A DNA stretch of 63,399 nt, counting the filler, from Craspedostauros australis (lineage: Eukaryota): assembly GCA_030167865.1 (NCBI GenBank). It is 11 parts of 11 records of this genome, joined end to end, with 100 filler letters (N's around TTAATTAATTAA, not from the genome) between each part and the next. Parts side by side here need not be neighbours in the genome. Positions count along the whole stretch, not along the records: positions 1 to 29,341 come from JALAGF010003235.1; 10 more parts are not named here. One strand, written 5' to 3'. Under the pieces are notes generated by a model, which worked only from the letters and a program-made list of their open reading frames with translations, was not told the DNA's origin and did no database searches. This document shows, piece after piece, positions 1 to 12,639 of the stretch (the first letter of the stretch is position 1; every line of letters begins with the position of its first letter). A program made the position numbers and the translations under genes.

Positions 1-592
1 CGTAGCTCGTATTGGTCAAAGATTCTATGACCGTACAGTCACAAGCAACCGAGGCGGAATGTTTGTGGCTGAAACAACACAGGGAAAAACAAACAAACAG
101 AGCATGTGTCTTTGTTGGATTCATGGCATGCGGTCACAATCTGGTTCACAACAAGGAGTGTATCAGCAATACACCAACAACAAATAAGCAATAGAAGACT
201 GTCATCTGTGTGCCTGCGAGTGCTTCATTTCGCGTCCTGAGCACGCAAGCAAGCCAGAATCATTCGGAAGCGATGGAATTGGCGCGAAAGATCCTCGTGG
301 CTGGTGGGAGGGAAAACAAACCAGCTGATCCCAACAGCAAAAGATCCAACAAAAAGAAGAATCCTCTTGTGGTGCGCAACACACATTCTACTACACACGC
401 ACTCTCACAGGGCTCGCGCTTGCGGAATTGCACGTGAACATGATCGTACTCATCAAGCACGAGCATGCAGAGTGCGTATAACACCAACCACTACGTGTAT
501 ACAATGTATCATAGGTCGTAATCCTACTATTCGAAGGCTCCAAGAGCACGCACTCCGCCCTTGCGCACGCTACAAGAGGCACAACCGCGACA

Positions 593-2930
593 TCAGTCTC
601 TGCGATCCATGTCGCCCTGGATGTACTGCAGGATGGAGCCGGATCGATCTGCGGCAAACACGGTGTCGAAACGTTGCTTGTGCAGAACGTCTCTGTCGGC
701 GTACTCCGACGTTCCTCGCTCTTGAGACTGCTTCGAGTCCATGTCGTTCGTCGGCACAACGAACTTCCTGTAAATGCCCTCGATCTCATCTCGGAATGCC
801 TCGCAGACGAATTCGCTCAGCTTGGGTGGCAGACGGAAGCGCACGACGTGCTGCACGCAGAAAAAGGAGGCCGTGGCGGACAGCGCCATCACCACACTGC
901 CGAGGGTCACATATAGAAGGGTGCCCTCGCGACGGATCGCGTCCTATCACCAAAGATTTGCACAGCGAGGATCCATGGCAGGGCGATCGCGGCACTGCCG
1001 GCCGCCGACATGCGCAGCAACGTGAGCAGGATCGGCGTCATCGTGACGATCTTGACGAGAGAGATGTTCTGCTTGAGGAAGGTTTTGCGCGTTGCGTGGA
1101 CTTTCCTGTGCAGGGCAGACCACAGCCTCACCACGAGGATCAGCTTGGGCGTCAAATGAAAGACGGAGAGGACCGCTCCGATCGTCGAGGCGAGCAAGGC
1201 CCACGAGCCAGCCACCTCCACCCTGTTGGAGTCGACCATTTTGCCCACCAATCGGGCGACGGTGAAGGCCCGCGCCGCCACAAACGCGAAGAATATTGTC
1301 ATCAACACCGACGACACAATCTGGCTTTCGCGCGTCGCCTGGTACAGCTGGTGCAGATCCTGCACGTTGTGATACAGCACGTCCACATCCTAGGCCCTCG
1401 ACAGCAGTTTGGTCTGCATTGCAGTGCCCAGACACTCGGTCTCGATCGGAGAGAGGGGCACGGGGTCTGTGGAGGAGGACGGGCAGAAGCACATGCGGCC
1501 AAAGTAGATCGCACTTCACAACGCCGACGTCGTCCCAATGCCGCAGCCTCCGTTGCTTGAGGGGACCGAATCGCGTCGATTCCCGCTGCAGCGCACATTC
1601 CAGGAAGGGACCGAATCGATTCCGCCTGTGGAACAGATGGGCCGCATCCATTCGATTGTCGAGACTTGAGATCTCGGTGTCTGGCATCATCAGCCGCCCC
1701 GTCTCATCGCAGCTTCTGTGGATATCCACCAGCCGTTCTTGCAGGCACAAGTTCTTCTAGTACACATCAACGATGAAGTGCTCGATCAAGCGAAGGTCAA
1801 AATGCACCAACACGTTCACGTCGTGGCTGTGCCGTTTGAATTGACCGTATGTTTCCAAGAAGGCCGCAGGCTCTTCGTCGTCGTAGTACTCGACGCTTTT
1901 CACGACGGCGCGGACTTTGCTCTCGATGCAAGGCAGGAACGGATTGAGGCTCTCAGGGATCCTGCGCTGCTCGGATTTCCCATGAGATAAACCGCCATCT
2001 TCTTCTTCGCACGCACGAGCTTTTCATCCTGGAACACGATCCTGGCCTCTTCGTTGCGGATCTTGTATTGCGATACGTATGCCATGGTCCCGAAGGACAG
2101 GAGGACACTCATGTCACCGGTGATGAACGCGATCCTTCCGCTTGCGTTGCCGCTGTTGCCCAGGATCTGCATGAGGTTGAATGCAATTGCGGCCGCTGAG
2201 AAGGTGGAGGACATGCTGAGGGCCTTGGCGAAGTTCTGCGCTTGCATCGCAAAGTCGTCGATGATGGATTCGAGGGGCTTCGGCAGCTTGAAGAGATGCG
2301 ACACGACACGACACGCTCATCGTGCACCGCAGCTTTCATGGCGAACTCGACGATCTGATCCACGGTGTCTTCCCTGATTTGAGCCATTCTGGCGTGATAC
2401 TCTATCAATCGATTGATCGCGCCATCATCGACGCCATCGATCTCGGAAATGAACTCGCTCCAGTACGTTGCAGGCTCGGTATCGCAACATCTGTGAGTCA
2501 TCTCCTCCTTGCGCTGCAGCAGTGCATCCTCCAGACCTGCTCCCGAGAGGACCTCATCCACCTTGACCTCCAAAATGAGCTTGGCAAAGATGACATTCCG
2601 AGTCGTCTGGTTGAAGATCGAATGGAACGTCAAGTTGGATGCCATGCCTCCTGGAACGAGGGAGGAGGAAAATCTGCTTTTCCAATCATTCAGCGACACC
2701 ATTGTGAGATCCTGCTTGGTCTCGATGCAGAGGGTGGAGCCTCGAAGAAGCTGGCACCAACCGCGGAGCAACCAGCACGCACTCGGCTCTCTGGAGTTCT
2801 CACGCGACACACCACCAGCAGCAATCACGGTGTTGATGATGTCACCCTGGCTCTCCCATGACAGTTCTACGATTTCTCTTGTGCGTGTGGACATGCAGCC
2901 ACAGCCTACCACGTGGTGGCACAGACACAT
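593..2930 (-). pseudogene. Disrupted gene for a large multi-helix or membrane protein of unknown family
   Basis: Protein-like ORF pieces 2109-2930, 1900-2304, 947-1750, 907-1386 and 593-910 tile one strand in different frames. An extra TGTCG unit at ~2299-2315 shifts the frame; removing it gives DERVVSHLFKLP. There is an in-frame TAG at 1757-1759 and several hydrophobic helices. Confidence 0.6.
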
Positions 2931-3228
2931 CGAGTTTCGTCATTGTCGTTGGAATAGGGGAGTCTTTCACATATGCGAGTATTTTATGATACGTACGAGT
3001 ATGGCACCATGGGTATGCACGATTGTGAGTGGGTTACGTGCTTTTTTCTCTTGGGGGTGCTCACGTACACTGCACACATGGAATATGCAAAAGAAATTGA
3101 TGGGGAGTTGATAGCATCTTTGCACAAAATGATTTAAATTGTGTCACTTCGACGATGTTGCCGTCGCTACTGGCGTTCGTTCCAAAATATCTATTCTATT
3201 CTATGTTTGTGAGCCGCCATCGTTTTCT

Positions 3229-6200
3229 TTACTTCGTGTAGTAACATTCGGTGCAACACGTGCAGATGATTTCTGGGTCTTCGCCATTCGGACCGTTTGC
3301 GCAGTCACTCTGGAGACTCCGAGGAGTGAACGAAGATGTGCAAAACACTGAATCAAGATTGCCGATGAAGTTGCAATCATATAGCAACAACTGCGTGAGT
3401 CCTGTAAGCTTGGCCAGTTGTGTTGGGACTGTGCCACTGAATGAGTTTCCCTCCACGCGTATGCTTCCCATTCCTGTGAGGAGGCCAAGCTCAGTCGGGA
3501 GCGGTCCAGTAAATAAGTTATCGTCGATGAAAAGACGTGCCAACCTAGTCATGAGGCCGATCTCAGATGGAAGCGTTCCGGTGAGTTGGCCACCCCTCAG
3601 ACCAAGAAGCCACAACGACGTGAGTCGATCAAATCTGAATGGAATTGATCCGATGCGGCCGTTCAATCCAAGATTGAGAATATCCAATCGCGACAGGTCA
3701 CCAATCTCAGAAGGGATTCCGTTGAAGAAGTTTCTGCCCAAATCAAGGAAAGCCAACGATGCCAATCGACCAATCTCCGATGGAATTGCTCCAGTGAGCT
3801 CGTTCCACTGAAAATCAAGATGTGTCAGCAAGGTCAATTGCCCAACCTCGGATGGAAGTGGTCCGAAGTAGCCACCGCTTGCTAGATCAAGATGAGATAG
3901 TTTTGTAAGTTGACCAAGCCAATAGGGAACTTGTGTACCGATCTTGTTCAGTTGCACATCAACATGTGTCAACGATGTCAACTGAGCCATCTCAGGCGGA
4001 AGTGATCCGGTGAACCCGTTGTACTGAAGATCAATATATTCCAACGATCTCAGTTGACGAATCTGAGATGGAATCTGTCCGGTGAAATCGTTTTGTCCCA
4101 GTTGAAGATGTGTCAATGATGTCAGCTGACCAATTTGAGATGGGAGTGGTCCAGCGAGCAAATTTTCCCTCAGATTCAGATACTCCAATGATGTCATTTG
4201 ATAGATTTCTGGCGGAAATCGACCTCGCAGTCCCATGTATTGCAGAGTCAGCTCTGATAGCATACTCAACATGCCAATATGGCGGGAAATGATACCATTG
4301 ATCTGCCCGGGATTCCTACTTTCCCCTCTCACCGACAACTTCTCAAGTTTTGAGAGATGATATAGGGCTGGATCGAGCGTGCCCCGCATGCCTGCGTCAT
4401 CCAAGACCACTGATGTCACACGACCGGCACGACACCACACGCCACGATTTGAAGTGCGCCAGGCACACAAGTGAAAATCCGATAGAAAGAACATGTTGTC
4501 GTTCCAATTGGCTCCATCGAGTGAAAAGTATATGCTCACCACTGCATAGTATTCCAACAGGAGTGGCGCAGTGGCTTGCGCATTTCCTGCGATCATTGAT
4601 GTGAGATGTGGATTGCTGTCGTTTGCCATCCAGTCCAGCGTACGATGTGCGGTACTGGTTGGATTGGCGAGTATGTCTGTATCGATTGAGGTAGGCTTTT
4701 CTTGGAGTGTGGGCTTGAGTACCTCCCAGATGGTGAAGAAAGCTTCCGATTGATCAAAGTTGTAAATTGGTATTGAGGTCTGAGTTGATGCTGGCGTGGA
4801 CGAGGGTATCGACGACGGCAATGGCGTTGTTGCGATCCAAGACGGTTGGGAGCTCAACATGGGCGTCGGTGGAGGGGTCACTTCAGCCTTGGATGGTGTG
4901 CTGGTAGGCGCTGGCGTCGGAGATGATGTTGGATCTGATGTTGGAGATGAAGTTGGATTGAGTGTTGGATTTGATGTTGGATCTAAAGTCGGAGATGAGG
5001 TTGGATTTGATGTTGGATCTAAAGTCGGAGATGAGGTTGGATTTGGTGTTGGAGATGAAGTTGGAGATGAAGTTGGATCTGACGTCGGAGATGAGGTTGG
5101 ATTGAGTGTTGGATCTGAAGTTGGACTTGGTGTTGGGCCTGAAGTCGGAGGTGAGGTTGGATTTGGTGTTGGAGATGAAGTCGGAGATGAAGTTGGAGAT
5201 AATGTTGGATCTGAAGTTGGATTTGGTGTTGGATCTGAAGTTGGATATTGAGTTGGATTTGATGTTGGATCTGAAGTTGGATCTGGCGTCGGAGATGAGG
5301 TTGGATTTGGTGTTGGAGATGAAGTCGGAGATGAGGTTGGATTGAGTGTTGGATCTGAAGTTGGACTTGGTGTTGGGCCTGAAGTCGGAGATGAGGTTGG
5401 ATTTGGTGTTGGAGATGAAGTCGGAGATGAGGTTGGAGATGAAGTTGGAGATGAGGTTGGATTTGAAGTTGGATTTGGTGTTGGACCCGAAATCGGATAT
5501 TGAGTTGGATTTGATGTTGGATCTGAAGTTGGATCTGGCGTCGGAGATGAGGTTGGATTTGGTGTTGGAGATGAAGTCGGAGATGAGGTTGGATTTGGTG
5601 TTGGAGACGAAGTTGGAGATGAGGTTGGATTGAGTGTTGGATCTGAAGTTGGACTTGGTGTTGGGCCTGAAGTCGGAGATGAGGTTGGATTTGGTGTTGG
5701 AGATGAAGTTGGAGATGAAGTTGGATTTGATGTTGGATTTGAAGTTGGATTTGCTGTTAGATTTGTCGTTGGATCTGAAGTTGGACCTGAAGTTGGGGAT
5801 GAGGTTGGATTTGATGTTAGATCTGAAACCGGAGATGAGATTGGATTGAGTGTTGGATCTGAAGTCGGAGATGAAGTTTGGCCTGAAGTCGGAGTTGATG
5901 CTGGCGCGGACGACGGTATCGACGACGGCAATGGCTGTGTTGTGATCCAAGACGGTTGAGAGCTCGACATGGGCGTCGGTGAAAGGGTCGCTTCAGCCGT
6001 GGATGGTGTGCCAGTAGGTATTGAAGATATGTCGATCGGTTCTCGTTCATCACCTGTATCTGGATTTGATATTGTATGTGAGGTTGCATTCGAACTTGGC
6101 GATGACGACGGCATGAATGACGGCAACGGCGATGTTGGGGCCCAAGACGGTTGAGAACTCAACATGGGTGTAAGTGAAGGGGACACTTCAGTCTCAGATG

Positions 6201-6576
6201 GTGCACCATTAGGCGTCGATGGTATGTCGACCGGTTCTCGTTGATCACCTGCAACTGGTTCACCAGCGGCGTTCGTTGCGCTGGTTGGTGTATCATCAGC
6301 TCCACCGCCTGTTCTATTGCTTGCGACAACGGCAACTGCCAACATACCGAAAGCCAACAAGGCGAAACATCGCCATCGCCAGTTCGGGTTCTTGAGTTCT
6401 CGTGAGTATTGGCTGCCATCGTCGGGGCACTGACGCAAAGTGAAGACATCGCCATTCGTCATCGGGAATTGTTCATCGTCGCTCATGGTCCGACGGAGTT
6501 CTCGAATTGTTTGGCGGAGTGGTTGGTGGACAGATTGATGAATGGAATGGCCCGATGGAGAGGGTTCGTATGGCAC
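3229..6576 (-). CDS. Diatom-type leucine-rich-repeat receptor-like protein (type II anchor, Pro/Thr/Ser stalk, LRRs, C-terminal Cys cap)
   Basis: TM segment [16 protein letters not shown], a long PTSx stalk, an LRRNT-like cap ([16 protein letters not shown]...LCAW...GVWC), many LxxLxxLxLxxNxxxGxxPxxIG repeats and terminal DC...[10 protein letters not shown]. The true start could be the downstream Met (MSDDEQ, 6486). Confidence 0.93.
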   Translation of the reverse strand: MPYEPSPSGHSIHQSVHQPLRQTIRELRRTMSDDEQFPMTNGDVFTLRQCPDDGSQYSRELKNPNWRWRCFALLAFGMLAVAVVASNRTGGGADDTPTSATNAAGEPVAGDQREPVDIPSTPNGAPSETEVSPSLTPMLSSQPSWAPTSPLPSFMPSSSPSSNATSHTISNPDTGDEREPIDISSIPTGTPSTAEATLSPTPMSSSQPSWITTQPLPSSIPSSAPASTPTSGQTSSPTSDPTLNPISSPVSDLTSNPTSSPTSGPTSDPTTNLTANPTSNPTSNPTSSPTSSPTPNPTSSPTSGPTPSPTSDPTLNPTSSPTSSPTPNPTSSPTSSPTPNPTSSPTPDPTSDPTSNPTQYPISGPTPNPTSNPTSSPTSSPTSSPTSSPTPNPTSSPTSGPTPSPTSDPTLNPTSSPTSSPTPNPTSSPTPDPTSDPTSNPTQYPTSDPTPNPTSDPTLSPTSSPTSSPTPNPTSPPTSGPTPSPTSDPTLNPTSSPTSDPTSSPTSSPTPNPTSSPTLDPTSNPTSSPTLDPTSNPTLNPTSSPTSDPTSSPTPAPTSTPSKAEVTPPPTPMLSSQPSWIATTPLPSSIPSSTPASTQTSIPIYNFDQSEAFFTIWEVLKPTLQEKPTSIDTDILANPTSTAHRTLDWMANDSNPHLTSMIAGNAQATAPLLLEYYAVVSIYFSLDGANWNDNMFFLSDFHLCAWRTSNRGVWCRAGRVTSVVLDDAGMRGTLDPALYHLSKLEKLSVRGESRNPGQINGIISRHIGMLSMLSELTLQYMGLRGRFPPEIYQMTSLEYLNLRENLLAGPLPSQIGQLTSLTHLQLGQNDFTGQIPSQIRQLRSLEYIDLQYNGFTGSLPPEMAQLTSLTHVDVQLNKIGTQVPYWLGQLTKLSHLDLASGGYFGPLPSEVGQLTLLTHLDFQWNELTGAIPSEIGRLASLAFLDLGRNFFNGIPSEIGDLSRLDILNLGLNGRIGSIPFRFDRLTSLWLLGLRGGQLTGTLPSEIGLMTRLARLFIDDNLFTGPLPTELGLLTGMGSIRVEGNSFSGTVPTQLAKLTGLTQLLLYDCNFIGNLDSVFCTSSFTPRSLQSDCANGPNGEDPEIICTCCTECYYTK
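4900..5900 (-). repeat. Coding 12-bp-period minisatellite (PTSx/PTPx tetrapeptide stalk) with higher-order block duplications
   Basis: GTTGGAGATGAA / GTTGGATTTGGT / GTTGGATCTGAA units run for about 1 kb, and larger blocks recur at 5106, 5346 and 5634. Confidence 0.95.
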
Positions 6577-8104
6577 AGTGTCGATGAGTCTCCAGTCCCT
6601 TCTTGGGTGTCCCTATTCTCCCATTTTGTGGTTGCGACTCGCCAAGACCAAGCACTGTCTGCTTTTATCCCGCAGAGAGTACCCGTTTGTGGCACCTCGC
6701 TCCTGCTGATCTCAACGCACATCAGCGTCAAACGGACGTATATATAATAATAGCTGCATCTATGCAAAGACGTTGCTTGGACGTTACAATGTGTTAGCAT
6801 CCGTTGAGTGTTTTGCATACCACTGGCACAGTATTCGTCATCAATCCAATTCATGGGGATCTGTACTCTTCAAGCACCACACTCGCAACTCATCGGAATA
6901 GTGCAGGGCATGACAGGAAAACGACGAACCGATCCTTGCAGCCTGCTCCATCCACGCAGTGTCATCGCCCATTCATCGCTCTTTCTCGCCAACAAGGATC
7001 TGGGAGAGATGCAAATCCTTGATCGCACTCGTGCACGTCAATAGTTGTTTGCTCTCTTCGCCATTCTTCTCTTTCTTCGTCCACGATTAGCCGAAGGAGG
7101 GGCTATGTGTACGAGCTGCTTGATGCAAAAGGCCTGAAGAAGATACGTGCTGATCTGCTCATGCGCTATGGTCTCATCTTTTATGCAAAGGGAGAAGAAC
7201 TTTGGGCGAAGCGAACTGTCAGCGAAAGGACAGTCCGAGGTTGCAAGGGCATGGTTACTTCCGAACTATTATCAGCGATGAAGCGAATGTCGCGATGCTG
7301 CGAAAAGATCGCGAAGTGCCCTGGGTCGTACTCTACGCCTGTTGGGGCCAGATCGACGAACATCGAGGCCGGAACTCCAGACCTTGCGACGCCAGAGTCC
7401 GAGGAAGGTCTCGTATTTATTGCCTTGCGCAAGTTGCAGCATGGGTCCGTTCTCTCTGTGTGCGGTGGCGTCCAGGAACGTGACATGTTCTGTGCGGAGC
7501 CCTGGTTGGGAGGTTTCGGCGACATCTCGTCCTCGCTTGTTGTGGTTGTTTGCATCATCCCTCTCACCAACAGGCAACTCATCGCCACAACCATCGCCAA
7601 TGTTCACTGCCGGATCGTTTTACTTGGCACTTCGCGCAACGAACTTCCCCAAAAGGGCTCCTTGGTTCTCAAGAAGAGCAAAGATATTTTCTGTTCTGAT
7701 CCCTGTTCCCGATCCAAGGGCCAGCATCATCGCCCTCTCCGCCTTCATCGTCCTCTGCACAGCGACAACCGCCACACCCATTGCGATGAGCCACGGAGCT
7801 GCAATCTGCAGCTCGTTCGACAATGTCCGTGGCGCCACGACTAAACACAATCAAACAGAAGGATAACTGAACCGAACACTTGTTAGATGAGCTGTAGCAA
7901 GCCCAGGATTTGTTGCGCGCCCAACAACAGAAACACTGCGAGCAGAAGACATCAGAAAAAGAAGGCGATGGCATTGGACTGCGAAAGAACGCGCGCTGCC
8001 AGCCATGTGTTTTGCGTTCACTTCCGACGCTGTGGGCGGGGGTGACCTGCAACACGCGTCAGTGAAACTTCCATCACCTACCAACAACAACGGCACATCC
8101 ATCG

Positions 8105-9359
8105 ATGGCGGTGCCAGGCCGCAAACCTTTGAAATGGTGCGGCCAAAACGGAACACAATGTAACAGCGATCACCTATTATGGACAAGACGAACCTCGGGC
8201 ATCAGCCTCGCATCCACGCTCAAAGGTCTGATGATGACTGGCCATGGAGCTGCAGCCAGGGTCAAGGCAACTCGCATGCCGGATGCAGCCTCTATTCTCA
8301 ATGAGAATCACGGACACAGAATGACAGAGCTTCCTCGAGCTTCGCGTGGCAACGGAAGCCACCCTCAGCGACATCTACCGCTGCCTCGGTCGAGCATACC
8401 ATCTTCCCAAACGAACCAGATGACGCAGATAACAACTGCTAATGGGATGGCAAATGGTTTTACAATCGCACAGCACAAAGGCAGCAGCCGCACCACAGCC
8501 GTGCGCTTGAGTGGCTCTGCATCCGAGTCGGCATCTACACGCAGGACGTGTCATCGTCCGCACGAATACCAGCGCCAGCATCAAGACCACCGTATGCCAA
8601 CACGTTCAGCCACAAAGGAACGTACAAAGTTGAGATCTCTTTGTGTGCATTCAATGAGGAAAGACCATCATCGTCACGGGAACAACAGTGCGTCCAACCT
8701 CCAGCCTTTGGAGAGACGGCGCCATCAACCAAGTGGAGGATGCAAACATTCAGAATCTGATTCCGCCGGTAGGGATGGCCGGTACTGTGGCAGGCTTTAC
8801 CCAGACGCGCGGAAACGAGACGGAAACGGCACGATGGTATACCGCGGCAGTATCGATCATCTTCTAGATGACACTTACAACATGTACGAAGCCTACACCG
8901 GAGATTGGAAGCAGGGCATGTTCCATGGAGTCGGCGGTCTCGTCTATTCCTTCGGCGATCAGGACGAGAGTGGGTTTGAGAATAACAAGAAGCACGGCAT
9001 AGGTCAACACCGCTTCCGCAATGGACGTGTCTCTCATGGCATGTACCGTCACAATGCGATGAAGAAAGGATCATTGTGGCATGCCAATGGCACTCGATAC
9101 CTCGGGCTCTTCGTGAGAGGAAAACAAAATGGGTTTGGCACGTTCTACTTTGACAAGAACAGCAGCACGGACCATGAAGGACAATGGGAGAACGATAAAA
9201 GCAACGGTCGCCGTGACTTGCAGTGGTCCGATGCTTCATACCACAACGGCGATCGGGCGCAAGGCGAGATGCATGGGATGGAACGTACGTCAACAACGAC
9301 GGAACTGTTTTCATGATCAAGGACTTTGGGTCAATGGCATGCCTGCGGCGCAGAATTAA
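8105..9359 (+). pseudogene. MORN-repeat protein, degenerate and frameshifted near the 3' end
   Basis: MORN-like units (YTGDWKQGMFHGVG, YLGLFVRGKQNGFG, HEGQWENDKSNG) with eroded consensus. The last unit, DQGLWVNGMP, lies in a different frame ending at 9359. Confidence 0.7.
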
Positions 9360-9731
9360 AGAGGAATGACGCGCATTGTACAGTGGAGCGAAATAGTATT
9401 TTTCATTTTCGCATGCTAGTTTTTGTGTCTTCACATCGCTTGGACAGCTCTTCGAACAAAGGTGGACGGTATTGATTGGGCAGAAGTTTTTGGCTGAGTT
9501 GTTGATGATGCCGATTGGAGAGAGGAGAAAGGGAAAATGTTCCCGGCAGCGTTAATAGTATCGACCATGAAAATGCGAGTCCACGTCTCCTTCTCTCTCT
9601 CTTACATTCAAGTGCTGCGTTAGCGAGCTTTCCGTTGCGGACGTACACTGACCATTAACTCGCTCGGCGGATCTCCCATATGCCGTATTCTTCCAACAGC
9701 AGGTGAGACGGGTGGGATTCTTCGCTCACCG

Positions 9732-10307
9732 TCACTCAGAGGACTGTTTCCCAGTTTCGATTGGTCGGTATCCACCGGAATTGTCAAATTCGATGTTTGA
9801 ATTCAAGAAAACCAAACGCACAAAGACGTACACCGCGAAACCCAATGGTGGCATCATCAAGGCACACACTAGGATGGGCAGCATCACCGTGTAATGAAAC
9901 CATTGGGAGACGCCGCAGTTCACGATGGAATCCATGGTGATCACCCACGCGATCATCAGATCGAAGCCGGCGTAATGGAGCCATCCCACCATGACGGCGT
10001 TGGGATCTTCGAACATCTTGACGATGCCGTCCAGCGAGCTGAAATCCAGCTTGGTGTTGTGCCCGTCGGCGGGGAAGACAAGGACGGAGATTGCCGTCAA
10101 TGCGTAGACGATACATGTTGACAGCACGAGGCTCAGCACGACGTGTGTGGTGTACTTGAAGCGCGGGACGAGCATGATCGCCAGCCAACCGAACAGGAGG
10201 ACCTGAAGGTAGAGAAAGACATCGTCGGCATCGAGGTTGAAGAGCAATTTGTATGGCATCAGCTCATCCTTGTAGGACGTGGCCGTGAATTCTTGGATCT
10301 TGGACAT
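9732..10307 (-). CDS. ABA4-like (DUF4281) membrane protein
   Basis: DFSSLDGIVKMF...GWLHYAGFDL...LMMPPLGF matches the ABA4/DUF4281 signature. About four TM helices. First plausible ATG is at 10307. Confidence 0.85.
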   Translation of the reverse strand: MSKIQEFTATSYKDELMPYKLLFNLDADDVFLYLQVLLFGWLAIMLVPRFKYTTHVVLSLVLSTCIVYALTAISVLVFPADGHNTKLDFSSLDGIVKMFEDPNAVMVGWLHYAGFDLMIAWVITMDSIVNCGVSQWFHYTVMLPILVCALMMPPLGFAVYVFVRLVFLNSNIEFDNSGGYRPIETGKQSSE

Positions 10308-10886
10308 GGCGGTGGTTGCGAGCGGTCTCTCCTGGATGGTGGTGTTGACGATGACGATGGCAGTCGCAATGAGATGAGGCGTTGCGCAAGTGACGAAGAT
10401 GTTGCAGCGGCCGAGTTGTGAGATGACATTGGAAGGTACCGATGACAACCAGAAACGTGCGCTGTGAGATTCCGCATTGCGCAGAGCCTTGGAGGACTTT
10501 GTGCGCCTCCACCGGTGTCCTTCTCACTGTTTCTCTTCTTTGGTGGAAAAAGCCTCATTGCCAAGGACGAAGCGCGAATCGGAACATGACCGGGTCTGAA
10601 GACAAATGGTAAGACCAAAAAGCTAGATAGAATAAGACGGAGGTGATTGCGACCATCCGGCTGCAAGTGGCGGCTACCTCTTCTTTTGCGCTTCCGCCTA
10701 CGCTTGCTCTTGCTTCATCATTTTGCATCTCGATGTCGTCATGGCCGGTGGATGCCCAACATGAGAGCAGACGATCACTGTTCATTCCATCCGCCCAATG
10801 GTAGATCGGCGTTCGCACGTCTCTCTCCATCATGTGTGCCAAATATAGAGAACATACCTTACGACGAGCATAGCCGTCGCCCTCGC

Positions 10887-12068
10887 TCAGTCCGTCTTGG
10901 ATTTCTTCGCCTTCTCCGCTTTGACGAACCGCTTGTCCAACAGCGACCGCAGAACTCCGGGACACAGCAATCGCAACCAGATCGCGGCGATCGCACTGGT
11001 GCTGGAAGCGACGATGAAATCCGCATTGCCGGCCGCCACTTTGTCCAGGATCTCGACGGCCACATCGTGGGGATCCGCGCCGTTGGCGGTCGTGTCATCC
11101 ATCTTGCCGTACGACGATCCGTCGCCCGTGACGGCGTTGAGACTTAGGTTGGTGCGGATGTATCCGGGGCTTGCGACGTGGACGTCGACGTGCGATGCGG
11201 ACAGCTCGGCTCGCAGGCTCTCGCAGTATCCTTGCACGGCGAACTTGGAGGCCGCGTAGCTCGTGCGCGATGGGATGCCGACCTTGCCTTGCACGCTCGA
11301 TATCCAAAGGATCTTGGCCGTCGATTGCGGCGGCTGCTGGATCATGCCCGGCGTGACGATCTTGGACAGCGCGGCGCCGGCCAGGAAGTTGATTTGCATG
11401 ACCTTCTGATCGACGTCGATGGTGGTGTCGACGAAGTTGGATCTGCTGGATACGCCGCCGTTGTTGATGAGGACGTTGATCGTGCCTTGGCAGGCATCGA
11501 GCGCCTTCTTTCCCATCTTCTCCACGTCCGTTGGATCCGAAAGATCGCAGGTGATCGTGTGAATTGTGGTGGTGGCTGAAGATGATGATGATGTGCTGGA
11601 CAAATCTGCTTTGAGCTGGTCCAACGCCGCCGCATTGCGTCCCGACAGAACGAGGTGCTTGGGATTGCAAAGGATGAGCTTCGATGCCAACGCCTTTCCA
11701 AGACCACCCGTGGCGCCGGTCAGCAGGATCGATGATCCATCGAAGACCTCGAGGGTCTTATCGGCGCAGTTCATTGTCGCGTCAATTTGTTCCGCGTTCT
11801 CAGACGTGGCAGTTAGGGAGGCAGCGGAAGAAAAAGGCGCTGTTGGTGACAAAGTCGGTCTCAACGACGAGCTGGACTGGTGGTGGTGGTATGAGTACTC
11901 TGTGAAACGAAACTTGCTTTGATGGAACTTGCGGCTTGGACTGAGGGAAGGCGACCAAGCTTCAACTGTTGTTGCGCGCGGATCCAGCTGGCTGATGAAG
12001 ATAATGCCGGTGGCCAACGCGATGCCGATGAGAAGGGTCAAGGATCCACGCTCCGATCGGGCAACCAT
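10887..12068 (-). CDS. Short-chain dehydrogenase/reductase, DHRS7/DHRS7B-like, with N-terminal presequence
   Basis: TGATGGLG, NNGG, SS, YAASK and PGYIRT motifs. The hydrophobic N-terminus is followed by a Ser-rich segment. Confidence 0.92.
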   Translation of the reverse strand: MVARSERGSLTLLIGIALATGIIFISQLDPRATTVEAWSPSLSPSRKFHQSKFRFTEYSYHHHQSSSSLRPTLSPTAPFSSAASLTATSENAEQIDATMNCADKTLEVFDGSSILLTGATGGLGKALASKLILCNPKHLVLSGRNAAALDQLKADLSSTSSSSSATTTIHTITCDLSDPTDVEKMGKKALDACQGTINVLINNGGVSSRSNFVDTTIDVDQKVMQINFLAGAALSKIVTPGMIQQPPQSTAKILWISSVQGKVGIPSRTSYAASKFAVQGYCESLRAELSASHVDVHVASPGYIRTNLSLNAVTGDGSSYGKMDDTTANGADPHDVAVEILDKVAAGNADFIVASSTSAIAAIWLRLLCPGVLRSLLDKRFVKAEKAKKSKTD

Positions 12069-12639
12069 TGGGGATGCTCAAACCGCTGAGTCTCGAATCG
12101 ATGATTGAACGGAGTGATTGATGAGACAGACAACGAATGGTGATGGTTGAATTGGATTGGGTTGTGTGTTGTTGGGTGCAATGGAGTGGAGTGGGACAGA
12201 AGGATTTTATGTGAACGGAGAGGCACAAGACATCACGGACTCCCACACACAGACCTTTTGCGATGTGAGCGCCAAACCAACAACAAGGATCGCCACAACG
12301 TCCTCGCTTTTTGCGAGCGCAGTGTGTGGTGACAAGAGAAAACACGATCCAAAACCGAAAAGATCCAAACGCAATCTTCCCGTTATTTTGGCGTTTGCTG
12401 TCAGTCGTCGGGTACGACTATGATCCATTATGATACATTCGACCCAACTTTCGTATCATCATGGAGAGGCTCCAACTTTGGAAATAGACAGAAAGATCAA
12501 CATGCAAACCTTGATTTCGCAAACCTCGAAGTTACTATGTGCAACTGGTGCTCTAATGTTGTGTAATGTGTGAGCAGAAGTTATTGAAGGAGTGATCCTA
12601 GAACATCATTGCACATCATTGCAATGCAAAATGTTAATT

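Noticed and set aside
304..1560. 418-aa plus-strand ORF, and similar long antisense ORFs such as 14620-16053
   Set aside because: These are shadows of GC3-rich coding sequence on the opposite strand.
4796..5959. ORFs with LDLKLD, VGDEVG or SNFISN periodicity
   Set aside because: These are alternative frames of the LRR stalk minisatellite.
6800..8100. Overlapping ORFs of 100-245 aa on both strands
   Set aside because: No motif or consistent coding frame; at most unrecognisable decayed sequence.
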